Below are positions 42,096-56,286 of a stretch of DNA of 64,000 nt, one piece after another. Source of the stretch: Octopus sinensis (taxonomy: Eukaryota); NCBI RefSeq assembly GCF_006345805.1, contig NC_042998.1, positions 112,096,001 to 112,160,000 on the forward strand, written 5' to 3'. Every line of letters starts with the position of its first letter. Position 1 is the stretch's first letter. Below the pieces are notes generated by a model. That model was not told the origin of the DNA. It was given only the letters and a program-made list of their open reading frames with translations, and searched no databases. Made by a program: the position numbers and the translations under genes.

Positions 42096-42145
42096 ACTAC
42101 AACGACGAAGGCAATGATGCCGACAATGATGATGACGACAGACCA
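41745..42145. repeat. Degenerate (GAT/GGT)n tract
   Basis: Directly visible; source of the poly-M/V/D ORFs. Confidence 0.9.
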
Positions 42146-42610
42146 TGATCAACCCTATTCAAATAGACGTATCTTCAAAGGTACTCCAACTCTAACCATT
42201 CACACTATGATTTTGTAAAAGAAACTGCGCCATCCAATATGTTTTGGTATTTCTTTTATATCTTTTTAGGCCTTTTGTTTTATTTTTTAAGGTTGCAGGA
42301 AAGAGCGTGATATCAAAACCTCTTGGCTGCTATTTCTAGCTGATGGAGCAACCACAGAAAGTCTCCACTAGTGTTGGCCAGTGTAGCTAGCTGCAATGTA
42401 CGTTATGGTGGTAAAGTGGAATGTAAGCGTGCGTTACTGTTATTTATGTGTTACCAGATACGGTTGAACTTTTCCTGTCACGCCAGGTTCAACTCATCTT
42501 TTGTCTTGACTACCTTAATTCTACAGATGATTGCTTTTGAAACAAACTTTCATGGTTTATTACATAGGCCCAAACACACACGCACACGCACACATGTATA
42601 CTGTATATAT

Positions 42611-42657
<47 letters not shown>

Positions 42658-42783
42658 GCAAATAACGACATGCTCACACACATACACATACTTACGAAAA
42701 TGCACAGATGGTAAGCGCATACATCACAAGTGCAAATATACGGATCACACACATTCGCATACACATAATAACGTGTCTGTGTG

Positions 42784-42834
<51 letters not shown>

Positions 42835-44139
42835 ATATATACAGAGCTGACAACAGTTTAACACACAGCTAACTGTCTTCTAATCCTAATACCGTTTCTT
42901 TTTTTTCTTTTAATTTCTTTATCTCTCATCCTTCTTTTTCCCTTTTTTTCTCTCTATGCTGAATACAGCTTTATTATTCATACCCTTAATACTCCCTAAG
43001 GGAGTTGTTTCAACCGTGGGAAAATATATGTTTAGGTATATTTGTCATTTTCAACGTAAATATAGGAATGATTTAAATGGTGCACTTTGATACGGCGGCC
43101 GGCTTTTCTTTTATGCTTTATTTGATTTTCGATAGTTTTTGTTGTTGTTGCTGCTCTTGTTTAAAAATAGCATTGCCTTGTATGTAAACGAAATTACTCA
43201 AGAACGGCATCCTCAGGAAAAAATAACCATTAAGCGTTTTACTCATGGCTTAATACATTGAAGAGAAATATAATTAATAATATTTATGCTGCAGAGAAAA
43301 GCAAACATTAACTCAATAACAGATACTTAATTAAGTCTGTTTGTTACAACACCAACAGTGTAAAACAACGCTTTGCTGAGGAGGTCTAATAAAGCAGAAA
43401 CCTATCTGGAGTTTTTGCCTTACATGCCAAAATGAAACTAAATTTATATTAGTATGTGAGCTGAGGCATTAAGTATTATTAAACTCGAATTTTTTTTCCA
43501 AGGAGCTGAATGACTGAATCGTGTAAAAGAATAAACTACACTAAATATGATGACACTGACATCACTCAAACATAAGGACGGCCTTACAGCATTGATTGAA
43601 TAAATCATACTGAAATTGTTCCATGTACTCCTTTAACAAATTGATTGACAGACCGTACCTAGAGGTTAATCCGACATCACCACCTCCACCGCAATCACCA
43701 TCACTGCCGCCATCGCCACCACTACCACTTTAAGAACAGCAACAGCGACGAGAAACATCACAAGCCAGCAACCAACTAGTCTACGTGATTACCACTCGAT
43801 CTACCGGCAATAACAGCTAAATCACCCACAAGCAACACTCTTCCATTTTAAGAAAGTAAAAGTACACTTGATAATGGAGTTCTAGATGTGTTATGCCTAA
43901 AAGAAGATAATATCATATTTGGAATGCTTTTGGTGATAGTGCTGTTTGATCAAGCCTCACCAGGGACTAAACTATAACAACTTGACTTCGTATTAATATT
44001 TGTAAACAAATAATCTGCGACTGTTTTGGGCGATAGACTGTTGTACTATGTTATCTCTCCTGTTTGACATTAAAGTATCGTAAACAGTATCGTAAGAAAT
44101 ATTTAAGCCTTCATTTGTTATAGAAACAACTATTATTAT

Positions 44140-44925
44140 TGTGGACTGGCAGAAAAAGTTACAGCGCTGGAAGAAACGCTTTGAGGTATTTCTCCCTTTC
44201 GGGGTTGGTCAAATAAAATACCAGTCAAATACTGGGATCATTACAATCAACTATCATCCATCTCTTAAAATTGCTGGCTTTGAATTTAATTCAGAAATCA
44301 TGAGCAATGAATTGGATTAAAAAACGATTGTTTGAGTGTCGGAATACTGGTAAATATTGTGTGGTATTTGTTCATGTTTCTTACACTCTGAGTTCAAATT
44401 CTACTGAGGTCATCTTTGCTTATCATCTTTCCTGATCGGTAAAATGAGGACCAGTCAACTTCTGGAGTCGATGTAATCGACTAACCCTATCAGTGGGGGA
44501 ATAGATTGACAGAATCGTTAGAACATTTTGGAAAATATTTGCCAGTATATTTTCCGACTCTTTTTGATCTGGGTTCAAATTCACTGAAGTCACTTTTGCC
44601 TTTTATTTTTTCGGGGTCGATAAAATAAGTCAAGCGCTAGAGACGATGATAGTTTCCTCTCCCCAAATTCCAGGGTTTGTGCCTAATTCGGAAAATATTA
44701 AAGGTGAAAAACTAATAGAATCGTTAGATCGTCGGGAAAAAATACCTTCTATTATTTGCTCCGGGCTTCTACGCGTGGCCGAAAATACAGTGAGGGTCAA
44801 CATTGCCTTTCATGTTCCCAGTGTCGATAAAATATATTACTAGTCAAGTACTGAAGCTGATGTAATCGACTTGCACCTTCCCTTCAAAATGCTGGCCTTG
44901 TACTTAAAATAGACACAATTATTAA
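44140..44925 (+). mobile_element. Array of about four degenerate SINE family B copies in the same orientation
   Basis: Recurrent GTTCAAATT, GCCTTT.AT, GTCGATAAAAT and GATGTAATCGACT motifs. Confidence 0.7.
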
Positions 44926-46177
44926 TACCTCTGTTATTCAAGTCTCATGTTTCACTTCCTAAACACTGTACGTATCAATTTTCACAATTACTAAGTTACA
45001 AGCCAATAACTACAGAGAAGGTGACTGCTACAAAAATGTCTCTTTGCATATAAACATTAATGAAACATACCAAACAACGTCACTCAGAAGTCTATAGCAA
45101 AGAACTTTCAATAAGCAAGTATTAAGTCATATTTTAAAAATAACTTATTGGAAAGTGTCCATAACAACTGCAATATTGACAATAACACCGATATGCACGA
45201 CTAAGAAATTCTATAAAAGCAACAAAAGAAATAACTCCAGTGTCTGCTCATATACCTGCTGTCTCCTCGCTCTTCTTCTTTCACTACTACTACGACGGTT
45301 TTTGCTGCTCGGAACTGGTTGATCTAGTTCTACTGTCAGACATGCTTTACACACTGGTCTTTTCTTCTTTCACCATCCATATTTTTTCTGCTCACTTCCC
45401 CACTAACCATTTTGCTCAGATCTTTCTTCCAAAATAGTCACTGCTCTAGAATTTCCTCTCTGCTTATGTTTTCCTTGCAGCTGTTCCACTTGAATAACTT
45501 CTGCGCTGATGTCACCAGTCTAGGAGGATTGCAAAGACCATAGGGACACTTCATAAAATAATATACACAGTATAATGGTAGTGAGAGGGCTGTGGAGAAA
45601 CTAGTACGAGTTATTCAAACGTCTAACGAACCATCACATATGGTGAGCATTAAACACAGTCATTTAACATTTGGAAATATATGCAAACCACTGGAAATCC
45701 AATCATCATTATATCTTGTTCTAACTGTATAAATATTCTCAGCATGAAGTAGAATAACCGCATAGATCACAGACACTAACCTAATTCATAGATATTCTAT
45801 AAATATCTAACATGTAAAACTAAAGAGATAGAATATGTATATACTGACGTTGTGTCCATCAAAAATGATCGGATTTATTTGTCTTTCAGGTGCATCTGAA
45901 TCTTTTTGATTTAAGTCCTGCTTACATTTCAACTTGCCTTCCTTCAGTTACTCTTACAAATTTTACCTGGAGCTTTGCTTCTGTCTTTTCTTGTGTTTCT
46001 TGTCGTTTTACAATAGCGCTTTCCCCCAATTCATATCAAGCACATATTTCTAGTGGCAATGTTTGTTCTCTTTCTGTAGTTCGAAGCCCAACAGTTTATC
46101 TATAGCAACAAAACGATTTCGTCTGTTATATATTTGGAAAATCCTCTCTTCATTTCCTCACACTTACTTGTCTTCAC

Positions 46178-46231
<54 letters not shown>

Positions 46232-46550
46232 GTCTGTCTGTCTGTCTGTCTGTCAGTCTATATATCTATCTACCTATAAACACGCTCGCGCATATACACA
46301 AAGACAAACACACACACACACACACACACATACACAGAGGAAGAATGAGAGTTCTCTCACTCCGGGTGTACTTCCTTTCTTCATTTCCTAACGTCTCCTC
46401 TCCATATGTAATTTCTCTCTCTCACTCATTTTCTCTCTCTCCTCTTTCTATTTCTCTCTTTTAGTTTCTGTCATTCTTTTAATCACTTGATCTTTGACAT
46501 CAATTTATCTTACTTATATAAGTTTTATCTATTCATTCTTCTTACAGGAA

Positions 46551-46722
46551 GCGCAGGAGCGGCTGTGTGATAAGAAGCTTGCTTCCGAACCAAATGGTTC
46601 TGGGTTCAGTTCCACTGCGTGGTACCTTGGGCAAATGTCTTCTACTATAGTCTCGTGCTGACCAAAGCCTTGTGAGTGGAGTTGGTAGACGGAAACTGAA
46701 AGAAGCTCGTCGTATATATGTA

Positions 46723-46755
<33 letters not shown>

Positions 46756-47066
46756 GAGGATATCATTGTTTATAATAATATCAGTGGCTTAGCATGCGTA
46801 AAAACCCATAACAGTAAAAAATATTAACTATTAATGCGTGTGTGTGTGTGTGTATTTGTGTGTTTGTCTTGCCCCTCCTCCACCATCGCTTGACAACCGA
46901 TGTTAGTGCTTTTACGCCCACATAATTTAGCAGTTCGGCAAAAGAGAACGACAGAATAAGTACTAGGCTTACAAAGAATAAGTCCTGGGATCGATTTGTT
47001 CGACTAGAGGCGGTGTTCCAACATGGCCACAGTCAAATGACTGAAATAAGTAAAAGAATAAAAGAA
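46551..47066 (+). mobile_element. SINE family A, full length with expanded centre
   Basis: GCGCAGGAGCGGCTGTGTG head through the CAGTCAAATGACTGAAATAAGTAAAAG tail. Confidence 0.88.
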
Positions 47067-48054
47067 TTACATGTACACTCTTTCTGTTCCTTTTCTCTTA
47101 CTTGCACTATCTCTTTTATTCCTTCTCTAATTCCTTATTGTATTTCTCATACTGCTGGCTTGACTGCTCGTCCACCAGCTTTCTCGCTAAAGACTTTTGT
47201 CTGTCTCTCTCTCTCTTTGTCCATGTTTGTTTGTCTTCTTTTCTCTCTCACCTTCCTCTGTGTGTGTGTGGTGTGTGTGTGTGTGTGCAGCGTGTGCATG
47301 TGTGTATCTGCGTCCCAAGAAGATTTTAATTTATTATAATAAATGAAAATATAATCTACTACGAGAACTAACTCAACTTTCATATAAACGAACCTACCTC
47401 TCTCTATCTGTTTATTCATCTTTATCTGTCTATCTGTATTCCTCTATCTTTTACTCTTTCCCCTCTCTCCCTCTCTCTATATATATGTACCTTACACACA
47501 CACACACACACTCTCTCTCTCTCTCTCTCTTTCTCTCTTTCACTCTTTCTCTGTATGTGTATGTCTCTCACACATGCTTCTCCCCAGCTCTCTCTTGATA
47601 TATGGAATTGTTCTCATTTTGTTTAATCTTCGTAGTCTTAATGTTTTTGCTTTCACGCAGAAAATCGCAGCTTCCAAAACCTGTTTTCGAATTGGGCAAA
47701 AATTATCAAATTTTAAACTCTGTAACATTTTTCTAAAATTTTTCTGGAATAAATGACTCACAAAATCGGATTCAACGTGAACAATTACAATATACTAAAT
47801 TTGAAAATTTCATTTTATTTTAAAAGTTCAAAATCTGTAACAACAACAAAGCAAGTCACATCTTTCTATCTGTCTATCGGTCTCTGTCGTTTATGCTTTT
47901 CTCATTGTAAACTTCCCCCTTCTCTATATATATTCAGCACACTCTTTCTTTCTCACTCTTCCTCTGTATAAGTATACCGCTCATGCTGAGTATGTGTGTG
48001 CTTGTATGTGTGCGTGCGTGTGCGCGCGAGTGTCAGTATGTGTGCGTGTCAGTG

Positions 48055-48099
<45 letters not shown>

Positions 48100-48289
48100 T
48101 ATTAGATGTGTGTAAGGAATTTCATTTGGGTGACAGAGTGGAAGGACCCTCACAAGGCATCGGCGGCGAGCTCAAGAGACACCTGAATAGAGAAGGAATA
48201 GAGTAGATGATATACGAACACGTGCCTCTGTCACACGTTTTCGAGAGGTTCCGGAGCATAGGATGCATCGATTAGATGATAAGTGCACA

Positions 48290-48482
48290 AGAGACTCTGT
48301 TGCACAGATTCAGGAGACGATGCCCCATTTCAATTCAAACGAATCCAATTTCCAGTAAGTCATAGTTTTGCCATGACCATCAACAAATTGGAAGGGCAAA
48401 CATTTTCGGTCGTTCATTTACACCTTGAAAAGCCCTGCTTCACCCATGATCACCTTTACGTTGGATTTTCATTAGCAGGAAC
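48290..48482 (+). mobile_element. Helitron RepHel Pif1-helicase C-terminal fragment
   Basis: PFQFKRIQFPV..FAMTINK.EGQT....L.L..PCFTHD.LYVGFS matches Pif1 motifs V/VI as seen in Helitrons. Confidence 0.85.
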
Positions 48483-48494
48483 TGCATATATTCA

Positions 48495-48575
<81 letters not shown>

Positions 48576-48719
48576 CGATATTGGTATTGATATATTGGTG
48601 AACAGTCGACGGCATTGGAGGTCATAACGATAAAAGTTGTAGCTGTAAAACGTTACCTGACATGCAAGACTCGAAGCCATCTAAATATTGAAAAAGTGTT
48701 ACCTGTATAGCGTTGGGCA

Positions 48720-49410
48720 TCAAAATGCCGACATCATGACTGCTACTCAACGCGGGGTCATCAGGAAGGAACTCAGCAGGTGTTCTGACTGCGTCTGTAC
48801 AGCGGAGCTTATCCCCAAATCTTTGAACATGGTCTTAGGCTCCATTCAGGCGGCTATGTGAAGCTGCTGGAGGTTATGATCAAACCCTGGCTGTGGAAGC
48901 TGCTGGAGGTTATGATCAAACCCTGGCTGTGGAAGCTGCTGGAGGTTATGATCAAACCTGCTGGAAGGCTATATGGGTGGCAACAAGATTCGGCCCTTTG
49001 CCGTACCTCGAGAAAGAGTCAGAAGTGGTTGTCAGAGAATTCCGATGACATCACCAGCACCAATTGCTGGCCCCCTAATCCTCTCGATTGTAATACCGTA
49101 GATTACTAATATGTGGAGCGTGTTTGAGAAAGATACCAGCCGCTCTAACTGCATTAGCAAGGCCGATCTGTTGGCCAAGATCAAGGAGGTATTTGAAGAT
49201 GTTCCTAGAAACGTAGTGAGGAAAGCATGCCTCAGGCTCCGAATCTGTCTTGAGGCCATAGTGGAAACTGAGAGCTACTACTTTGAGTAAGCTTTTATCT
49301 TCCAACTATAATCTAGTTGATACTTTTTGAGTTTTTAAAATACTTTTATTTTGGGATGAAATACGGTGTTCTCTTTTCCTTTTATGCAAACCGTCAAATT
49401 TAGCCAGATG
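48720..49410 (+). mobile_element. Tc1/mariner-superfamily transposase C-terminal fragment
   Basis: WQQDSA..SRKSQKWL..WPPNP.DCN.VDY..WS motifs; contains a 36 bp triplication. Confidence 0.75.
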
Positions 49411-52273
49411 TGTGTGTGTGTGGGGGGGGAGTGTCTGTGTGTGTGTATGTGTTAATATATATATACTTCATTATTAAAGCTGCAAAAAACCTCACAAAAA
49501 ACTTCTACTCAGAGTTTCACGTTCCCGTTTGCCAAACAAATCACGTATATACTCACTCACTCATTCACACACAACACACACACACACGTACACACACACA
49601 TTCACACACACATAAATTGATGAGTTGACAAAATCTCTAGATCACCTAACTAAATGCAATGCATTTTCTTTTTGTTTGTTCCGAGCCAAGAAGTGAATGT
49701 CTGTGCAATCGCATTTCCTGCAAGAAATAGCAGCTATATCTTCCTTAAGCGAAGTCCTTAGTATATTAAGATATCAATATAGTATGTTTAAAACAAAAGT
49801 GATATCGTCACAGCTGGAATGTCTTTGATTCTAGATCTCGATTTGAACGGACTGGATGAAAGCTATTTTGCAACTTTTATTTTTATCTCTCTACGTTTTG
49901 AGTACAAATTATACCAGGGTCATCTTACAATAAGTCATGTAACAATAATGCATTTGGCTTCCTTTCAATCTCTACTCCAGCGAATGATGTCTTTGTCCAT
50001 CTTATTCAAAAGTAATCTTATTCTTAATGGCCGTTCATTCATTAAATATGAAAATAATATATGACATGCAGTAAAATTGTTTTGCCACGTAGCCAAGCAG
50101 TTTACCTACATCATAGGTGTAGTTTCCAGTTCAAAATAAAGTTTGTTTCTTCTTTATTGTTGATAGACTGTGGATGTGTTATTTTTTACTAGGTGTTTCA
50201 CTTCATTTCCCTCCTTCCTTCAACCACAGAATAGCACAGTTGTTTCCCTTTTCCCCACCGTCATCTGTGTTTGAGGTAATTAATTAAGATTCAGTTTAAA
50301 GCATTGGGGAAATATTAAAATTTAATAGCTTCACCGAAGTTTTACACTGAGCATGAGAGAGCTTCTTCACAGTCACTCGACATGCTAGAAATAATATCTA
50401 AATAATTCTCACATCACCCTTCTCTTTTAAATAGATTCCATTGTTTAATGTATCCGTCTCTCTTTTAAACAGAGAAGGACACATTAAACAATGGAATCTC
50501 CGATAAAAAAGAAAAAAGAGAGAGAGAATAGAAAAGATTAGATGGTCAAAGTCGAAACTCCTTTCATTAAAGGTTAACTCAGTCGGGGCTGATCTAGGGC
50601 GAAAGAGCAACTTTACTTTCGAAGAGTTCGAAAGAAAACGGATACATCTAAGACGCTCTGCTAACGAAAGGAAAAGAAAATGCTGCTACGTGGAGTGTTA
50701 TTGGATAAAACACTATACCTGCACCTACTTTTTATTTATTGCTCATCAGTGGCTTTTGTTTCCGCTTTTGGATGAACTGGTATTAAAAATATTTAACAAT
50801 ATATTATTGGGACGGTATAGTTCTATTTTTATTTTTATTTATATTTCTTTATTTCTATTGTTATTTTCATTTATTTATTTATTTTTCACATTTCTTCTAG
50901 AGCTGCTTCAATGACTGATCGCTACAAGCCCTTTGCACCTGCTGCTGCTGTATAGGATAAAGTTCTTTGTTGAAGAGAAAGGGTTGTTATATTAGTAGTT
51001 GCTTCTTTCTTTCTGACAGTGTCGACAACGTCAGCGACAAGAAGAACAATAACATTTAGAGTAATGTTAAAGAAACGTTTTTCATATTTGCCCTCGGAGT
51101 GAACTATTGAGACTTCAGCTTAAAACTGATGTCTACTTCACTATTATCATCAACACATGTCTACTCTTCAGCTCTGACAAGAATTTCTCTTTCCGTTGCG
51201 CCACGTGACTTCAATGTATAACCCCGGCAATTTCACCATTAAAGCTCGTGTCATATTAAATGCAACTTTTGTTTTGACCTTCAGGCATTATTCACTGAAA
51301 ACTGACCATCGGCAACGTACATGTCTATGAGACTAGTTGTGTTACTCTATTGTAAGTACAACAGTAATAATGTAAGCTAAGGAGAGGGGAGTGAGTAGAG
51401 CGACGTGTCTGTTCATAGAAATAATTTTCAAAACGTAAATACACCAGACCCTTTTCTCTCTTATCTCTTTTATTGGTACTTTTGATGCTTTATACTTTTG
51501 CTAAATTGACCGACTGGTGCCATTGATTATTAAACCTAAGAAGTGCACTCACTCGACCATTTCACTAACATTGACCTGTTTGTTGGAAGTTGGGGTTTGT
51601 GTACATAAGCTGACAATTGAGCGCTCTCAGTGAAACGATCACACTTCGAAATAGCGAACTTCCTTTTTAATAGCACTCGTAACACAGACTCCTTTTGCCT
51701 GATTTTTCAGTAAGTAGCTAGAACTATATTCTGTCTCTAAAACCTTTTATTCTTTAATTCATTTCTAAAATAAAGCATCATATTGGCAGATATATATTCA
51801 AGACAGCACGAGAGAAAAAAAAAAGGAAAACAATGTTAATTTGATAAACTCAGTGTGTGAACCTACATAGAAATCCCTTCTCTTTTATATGGAAAACGTT
51901 GATAGATTTACATATGTTATGAGATTCGCCTTCACAAGTAGTCGTATGGTCGGTGTGTAAACTTACCAGAAACATTTAATAGATAGATATTTCTATATGT
52001 TTTTATGGATGTCCATGATAAGTATATATATAAAGGAAAATACGAAATGTCTTTTAATACTAGTTAACTAACGTCGAAAATAGAAAAAAACTATGTAGTA
52101 AAATAAGTCTGTTAAAATATAATAGTTTTTCCAAGCAAAAATTAGAAGATATTTTTTAAAAGTAGATACTAACGTATATGCGTGTAGTAGGTGTGGGATG
52201 AGGTGGGTTAATTGAGATTAAGAAATTCGCTTTACAAACACACGGCACGTTGGTTCAAAATCTTTTACTATAT

Positions 52274-52507
52274 CAGTGTTTCTGAGCCAATTTTTGTCTG
52301 TGGATCTCTTTGATTCCTATTTTACGAGGGTGGACTCCCATTGCCATTCAATGTTTAAAAAATCCTGTAATATTTTTAATATTAAATATTATTTGGAATA
52401 GTATTAAAAGATTGTTAAAGTATTTTGTGTATTGTGGATGCATATGCAATTTATTGCATATAAATTTTAACAACAAAATCTTATAAGAACCCGGTTGAGA
52501 GCCGCTG
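52274..52507. mobile_element. hAT-type MITE with an exact 8 bp TSD, inserted in a SINE A remnant
   Basis: Termini CAGTGTTTCT and GGTTGAGAGCCGCTG; TACTATAT at both 52266-52273 and 52508-52515. Confidence 0.85.
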
Positions 52508-52720
52508 TACTATATCCTGTGAGAGAAATTTGGTAGATGGAAATAGTGGTGAAATCCAGCAAGCACGTGTATGTGTGTGTGTGTGCGCGCGTACACACAT
52601 ATATATAAATATATTGTCTGAATTCTATATACCCTCGTCAGAGATAGCCCACATGGAAGGGGAGATGGCGACCACTCTGGAGTGGAAAATGGTCACCATT
52701 TCGCCTTTCCCGTTCCATGT

Positions 52721-52814
52721 CGGCTACCTCTGACGAGCGCATGTTATATAACTGGTTTGTTGCCTAACACTCCATTATATAACTTCACGCGAAACCGACT
52801 GGTAAGACCAGCCG
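52721..52814 (+). ncRNA. Canonical type I hammerhead ribozyme with a long stem II
   Basis: Stem I CGGCT-AC-CT / AG-ACC-AGCCG; CTGACGA at 52730-52736; stem II GCG..GTTATATAA..TTATATAAC..CGC; GAAA at 52791-52794; stem III (A)CC-GACT-GG(T); GUA cleavage predicted after 52804. Confidence 0.82.
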
Positions 52815-52919
52815 TGATGGATAATTAACACTACAAAATCCAGACAATATATCCACTCTACTAGCAGTTATACAAGTTCATCTCCTCCCTGACTTATGGT
52901 CTCTTAGACGACTCAAGCA

Positions 52920-53029
52920 GGCTCGAAACGTAAAAGACTTTCTCACTTTCCTGAGCGTCAAATTAATACACCTGCTTATTGTTCATACACCTGTCTTCGT
53001 CTTTTGTTTTTCTGTAAATTTCAGCTATA
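52920..53029 (+). mobile_element. Penelope pLTR-like 3' tail (HHR 3' half)
   Basis: GCTCGAAACGTAAAAGACTTTCTCACTTTCCTGAGCGTCAAATTAATA; related to 21240-21430. Confidence 0.5.
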
Positions 53030-53031
53030 TA

Positions 53032-54279
53032 CAGGAGTTGAACAAAATAATGGAAACACCTTAAAATTTCAGACAAATTCATTTTAATATGGGAAGAACC
53101 GCCTTTGGCAGTAATTACAGCTTGAATTCTGCGAGGTATGGACTCATACAAATTTTCAATTGTTTCCAAAGAACATTTTTTTTTGTCCATTCTTCAGCTA
53201 AAACAGTCTCCAGTTCTTGTAGTGATGATGGTGGGGGATATCGACTCCTTACCTGTTTTTCTAAAATGCACCGTAAATATTCAATAATACTGAGATCTGG
53301 GGACTGTGGTGGCTAGATAAGATATTCAACTTCACTAGAATGTTCCTCGTGCCATTCAGTAACATTAGCTGTGTGAATTGGTGCATTGTCATCCTGAAAG
53401 ATTGCGTTTCTCTCTGGAAATAGTTCCGCAACCACAGAGGGAATTTGGTAGATAAAATGTTTAAATAATCTTGTCTATTAATTCTGCCATGAAGGGAAAC
53501 CATTGGGCCGGCGGATTTCCAAGATATAGCCCGCCAGATCATCACAGATCCTCTTCCATGTTTAACAGTTGGAAGAAGGCAATCTGGATCAAATGCTTCT
53601 TTTGGCTGTCTCCACATGTATACTCGGCCGGTGGTCGGAAATAAGGTAAAGGATGACTCGTCCGAGAAAATAACATTCTTCCACTGCTCTAGGGACCAAT
53701 TCTGTAGGTTTTTACTCCACTCTAAAAACTTTGCAACTTTTGTTTTTGAAAGTAGTGGTCTTCTGATTGCAGCCTTCCCGTGAAATCCGGCTTTGTGCAG
53801 CTCCCAACGAACAGTTTTTGTGGAAACTGGATTCTCGAGGTGATCGTTAAGCTCTGCAGTAATTTTGGGGGATGTAAGAGTCCGACAGACCCTATCTGAA
53901 AGTTTTCGTTTTTTTTTTCCGGAGTTTTGTTTCGACGAGGAGGTTTTTTCCCTGTTTCTCAAAGGCTGTCATTATTTTCGAGGCAGTACTTTTTGATACA
54001 CCAAACATTTCGGGTGTTTTCGTTACGCTAGCGCCTGCCATACGAGCACCAGCAATTTGATCTCTATGGAAGTCCTATAGATCTGTCATTTTAATGAATT
54101 TTAATTACCTGTTTCTGATGATGTCTGAAAAAAAAACAGCAATTTTAGCAAAACATATTAAACAACACTAATAACAAATCTAAATACATAAAAATAAGCA
54201 AGTTTTTGACCGTTTTATAGATATTTCAAAATTATGATGCTCAGATGCTATTAGGTGTTTCCATAATTTTGTCCAACCC

Positions 54280-54282
<3 letters not shown>
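53032..54282 (-). mobile_element. Full-size Tc1-like transposon with pseudogenised transposase
   Basis: TIRs CAGGAGTTGAACAAAATAATGGAAACACCT and AGGTGTTTCCATAATTTTGTCCAACCCCTG with TA flanks; VIFSDES, TVKHG.GSVMIW, FQDDNA and ESIPRRIQAVI.AKGG motifs. Confidence 0.94.
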
Positions 54283-54319
<37 letters not shown>

Positions 54320-55160
54320 TTTCAAATTCCTAAAATGGCCTAAAAACTGGTGTTATTGTTTATGTTGTGCTTCATAGTCCATAACTTTAAGGTTCGATAA
54401 GGAGTCTATAAAATTATTCAGAAACTGAAATAAGCAATTAGGCCCATATGAACAACTAATTCTTATACAAAGTGCTCCTGTATGGCCGTTAGAAAATGTC
54501 TTAAATCTGTAAAATATGTGTTTCCAATTTAGAAGCAAGACCAGCAATTTTCGAAGCGTGGATATTAGTCAATTACATCGACTCATTATTTCATTTGTAC
54601 TTTACTTTACCGACCCCAGTAGAATGAAAGGCAGTGTTGCTCTCGGCAAAATTTGTGCTCGGAACATAAAAGCCAGAGCAAATGCTGAGAGACGTTTTCC
54701 CCAACTTTCTAACTATTCCGCCAATCAGCCCGCGGTAAAGTCAAAAAATAAAAGAACAACTTTATTGTTAAATCGTCCAAAGGTTATGCTTTGTGATATA
54801 ACACATTGCGTTATGAGTTCAAATCCTGCCGAGGCTAGCTTTTATTTTCATCCTTTCGTAGTTAATTGATAAAATACCACTTGGTTTTGGTGGCTAGGCG
54901 TATGAACTATGGAGTACAATATCTCTCTCGGACACCTTGATTTAATGAGTTCGGGGTGGTACTTAACCCTGTGAGGAGGTGGGTGAAGGCTGTAGCAAGG
55001 TGGAAGGTGAGGGTAGAAAAGGAGATGTAAGAACTTGAGTGTTATTAGGTATTAGTCATTCCGAAGCTATAGAAGATACTAACCTAAGGTGCCGCGCAGT
55101 GAGATCAGATTGGAAAGAGAAAGTTTATCGCATTTTCTAGAGAGAAAGAGCGAGTGAGAC

Positions 55161-55219
<59 letters not shown>

Positions 55220-55401
55220 CAAACAGACAGTTAGACAGATAGAGACAGAGACAGAGACAGGGACAGACTTAAATGATGTAATGATACAGATCACTGAAAT
55301 ATTTAGAATCCGACATAATTATTGGTTGTTATTGTCGGCAAAAATATAGAAACAGAAAAATTTGTAAAATATTTCATTGTAGCTATTTAGTCATAAACTA
55401 A

Positions 55402-55740
55402 GGCGGCGAGCTGGCAGAAACGTTAGCACACCAACCGAAATGCTTATCGGAATTTCGTCTGCCGTTACGTTCTGAGTTCAAATTCCGTCGGGGTTGACTT
55501 TGCCTTTCATCCTTTCAGGGTCGATAAATTAAGTACCAGTTACGCACTAGGGTCTATGTAATCGACTTAATCCCTTTGTCTGTCCTTATTTGTCCCCTCT
55601 ATGTTGAACCCCTTGTGGGCAATAAAGAAATGTTCTTTACGTTCTGAGTTCAAATTCCGCCGAGATCGACTTTGCCTTTCATCCTTTCGAGGTTGATAAA
55701 TTAAGTACCAGTTACGTACTAGGGTAATCGACTGGCCTCC
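55402..55740 (+). mobile_element. tRNA-derived SINE family B with an internally repeated body
   Basis: Head GGCGGCGAGCTGGCAGAAACGTTAGC and B box GAGTTCAAATTC; the body GACTTTGCCTTTCATCCTTTC..GATAAATTAAGTACCAG occurs twice. Confidence 0.85.
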
Positions 55741-56244
55741 ACCTCGTTAACTCGTTTCTCTGTATGAAGAAAGTTGAGGTGTGATTGTTCAGACCGTTGA
55801 CAAAATCATTTCTTTGCAGACGGGTATTACTCGTATAACTGGACATTCTTCAACGTACCCCAACTTATCTTTTATTTAATTCATTCTACACATTTCATTA
55901 TCGATTTTTACCTTACTCCAAAGTGATAAATTTTAAAATTTTAAGTTCACAACCTTGCAATTTGTTCGCATCTTCACTCAAAACAGACAGCAGTGAGGAG
56001 CATTTAAAAAAGAATAGCATCACTAGAAAATTCCATCGTGTCTACAGGATTTATTCAGATTCATTGAACAGGAAAGACAATTTTATTGACTAGTTCGATC
56101 TAAATGTTATTACCGCATTCGTTAGACATATAAATCATTAAAACTGAGAATTTAAGAAAAATGAGTTTTTGTAATGAGTTTTGCCAAGGTAATAAAGCAT
56201 TTAATTAATAGATATTACATTATTCTCCATAATTCAGTGTAATT

Positions 56245-56286
<42 letters not shown>

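Noticed and set aside
45240-45555. Purine-rich minus-strand reading resembling decayed coding sequence
   Set aside because: Multiple stops and no identifiable family motif.
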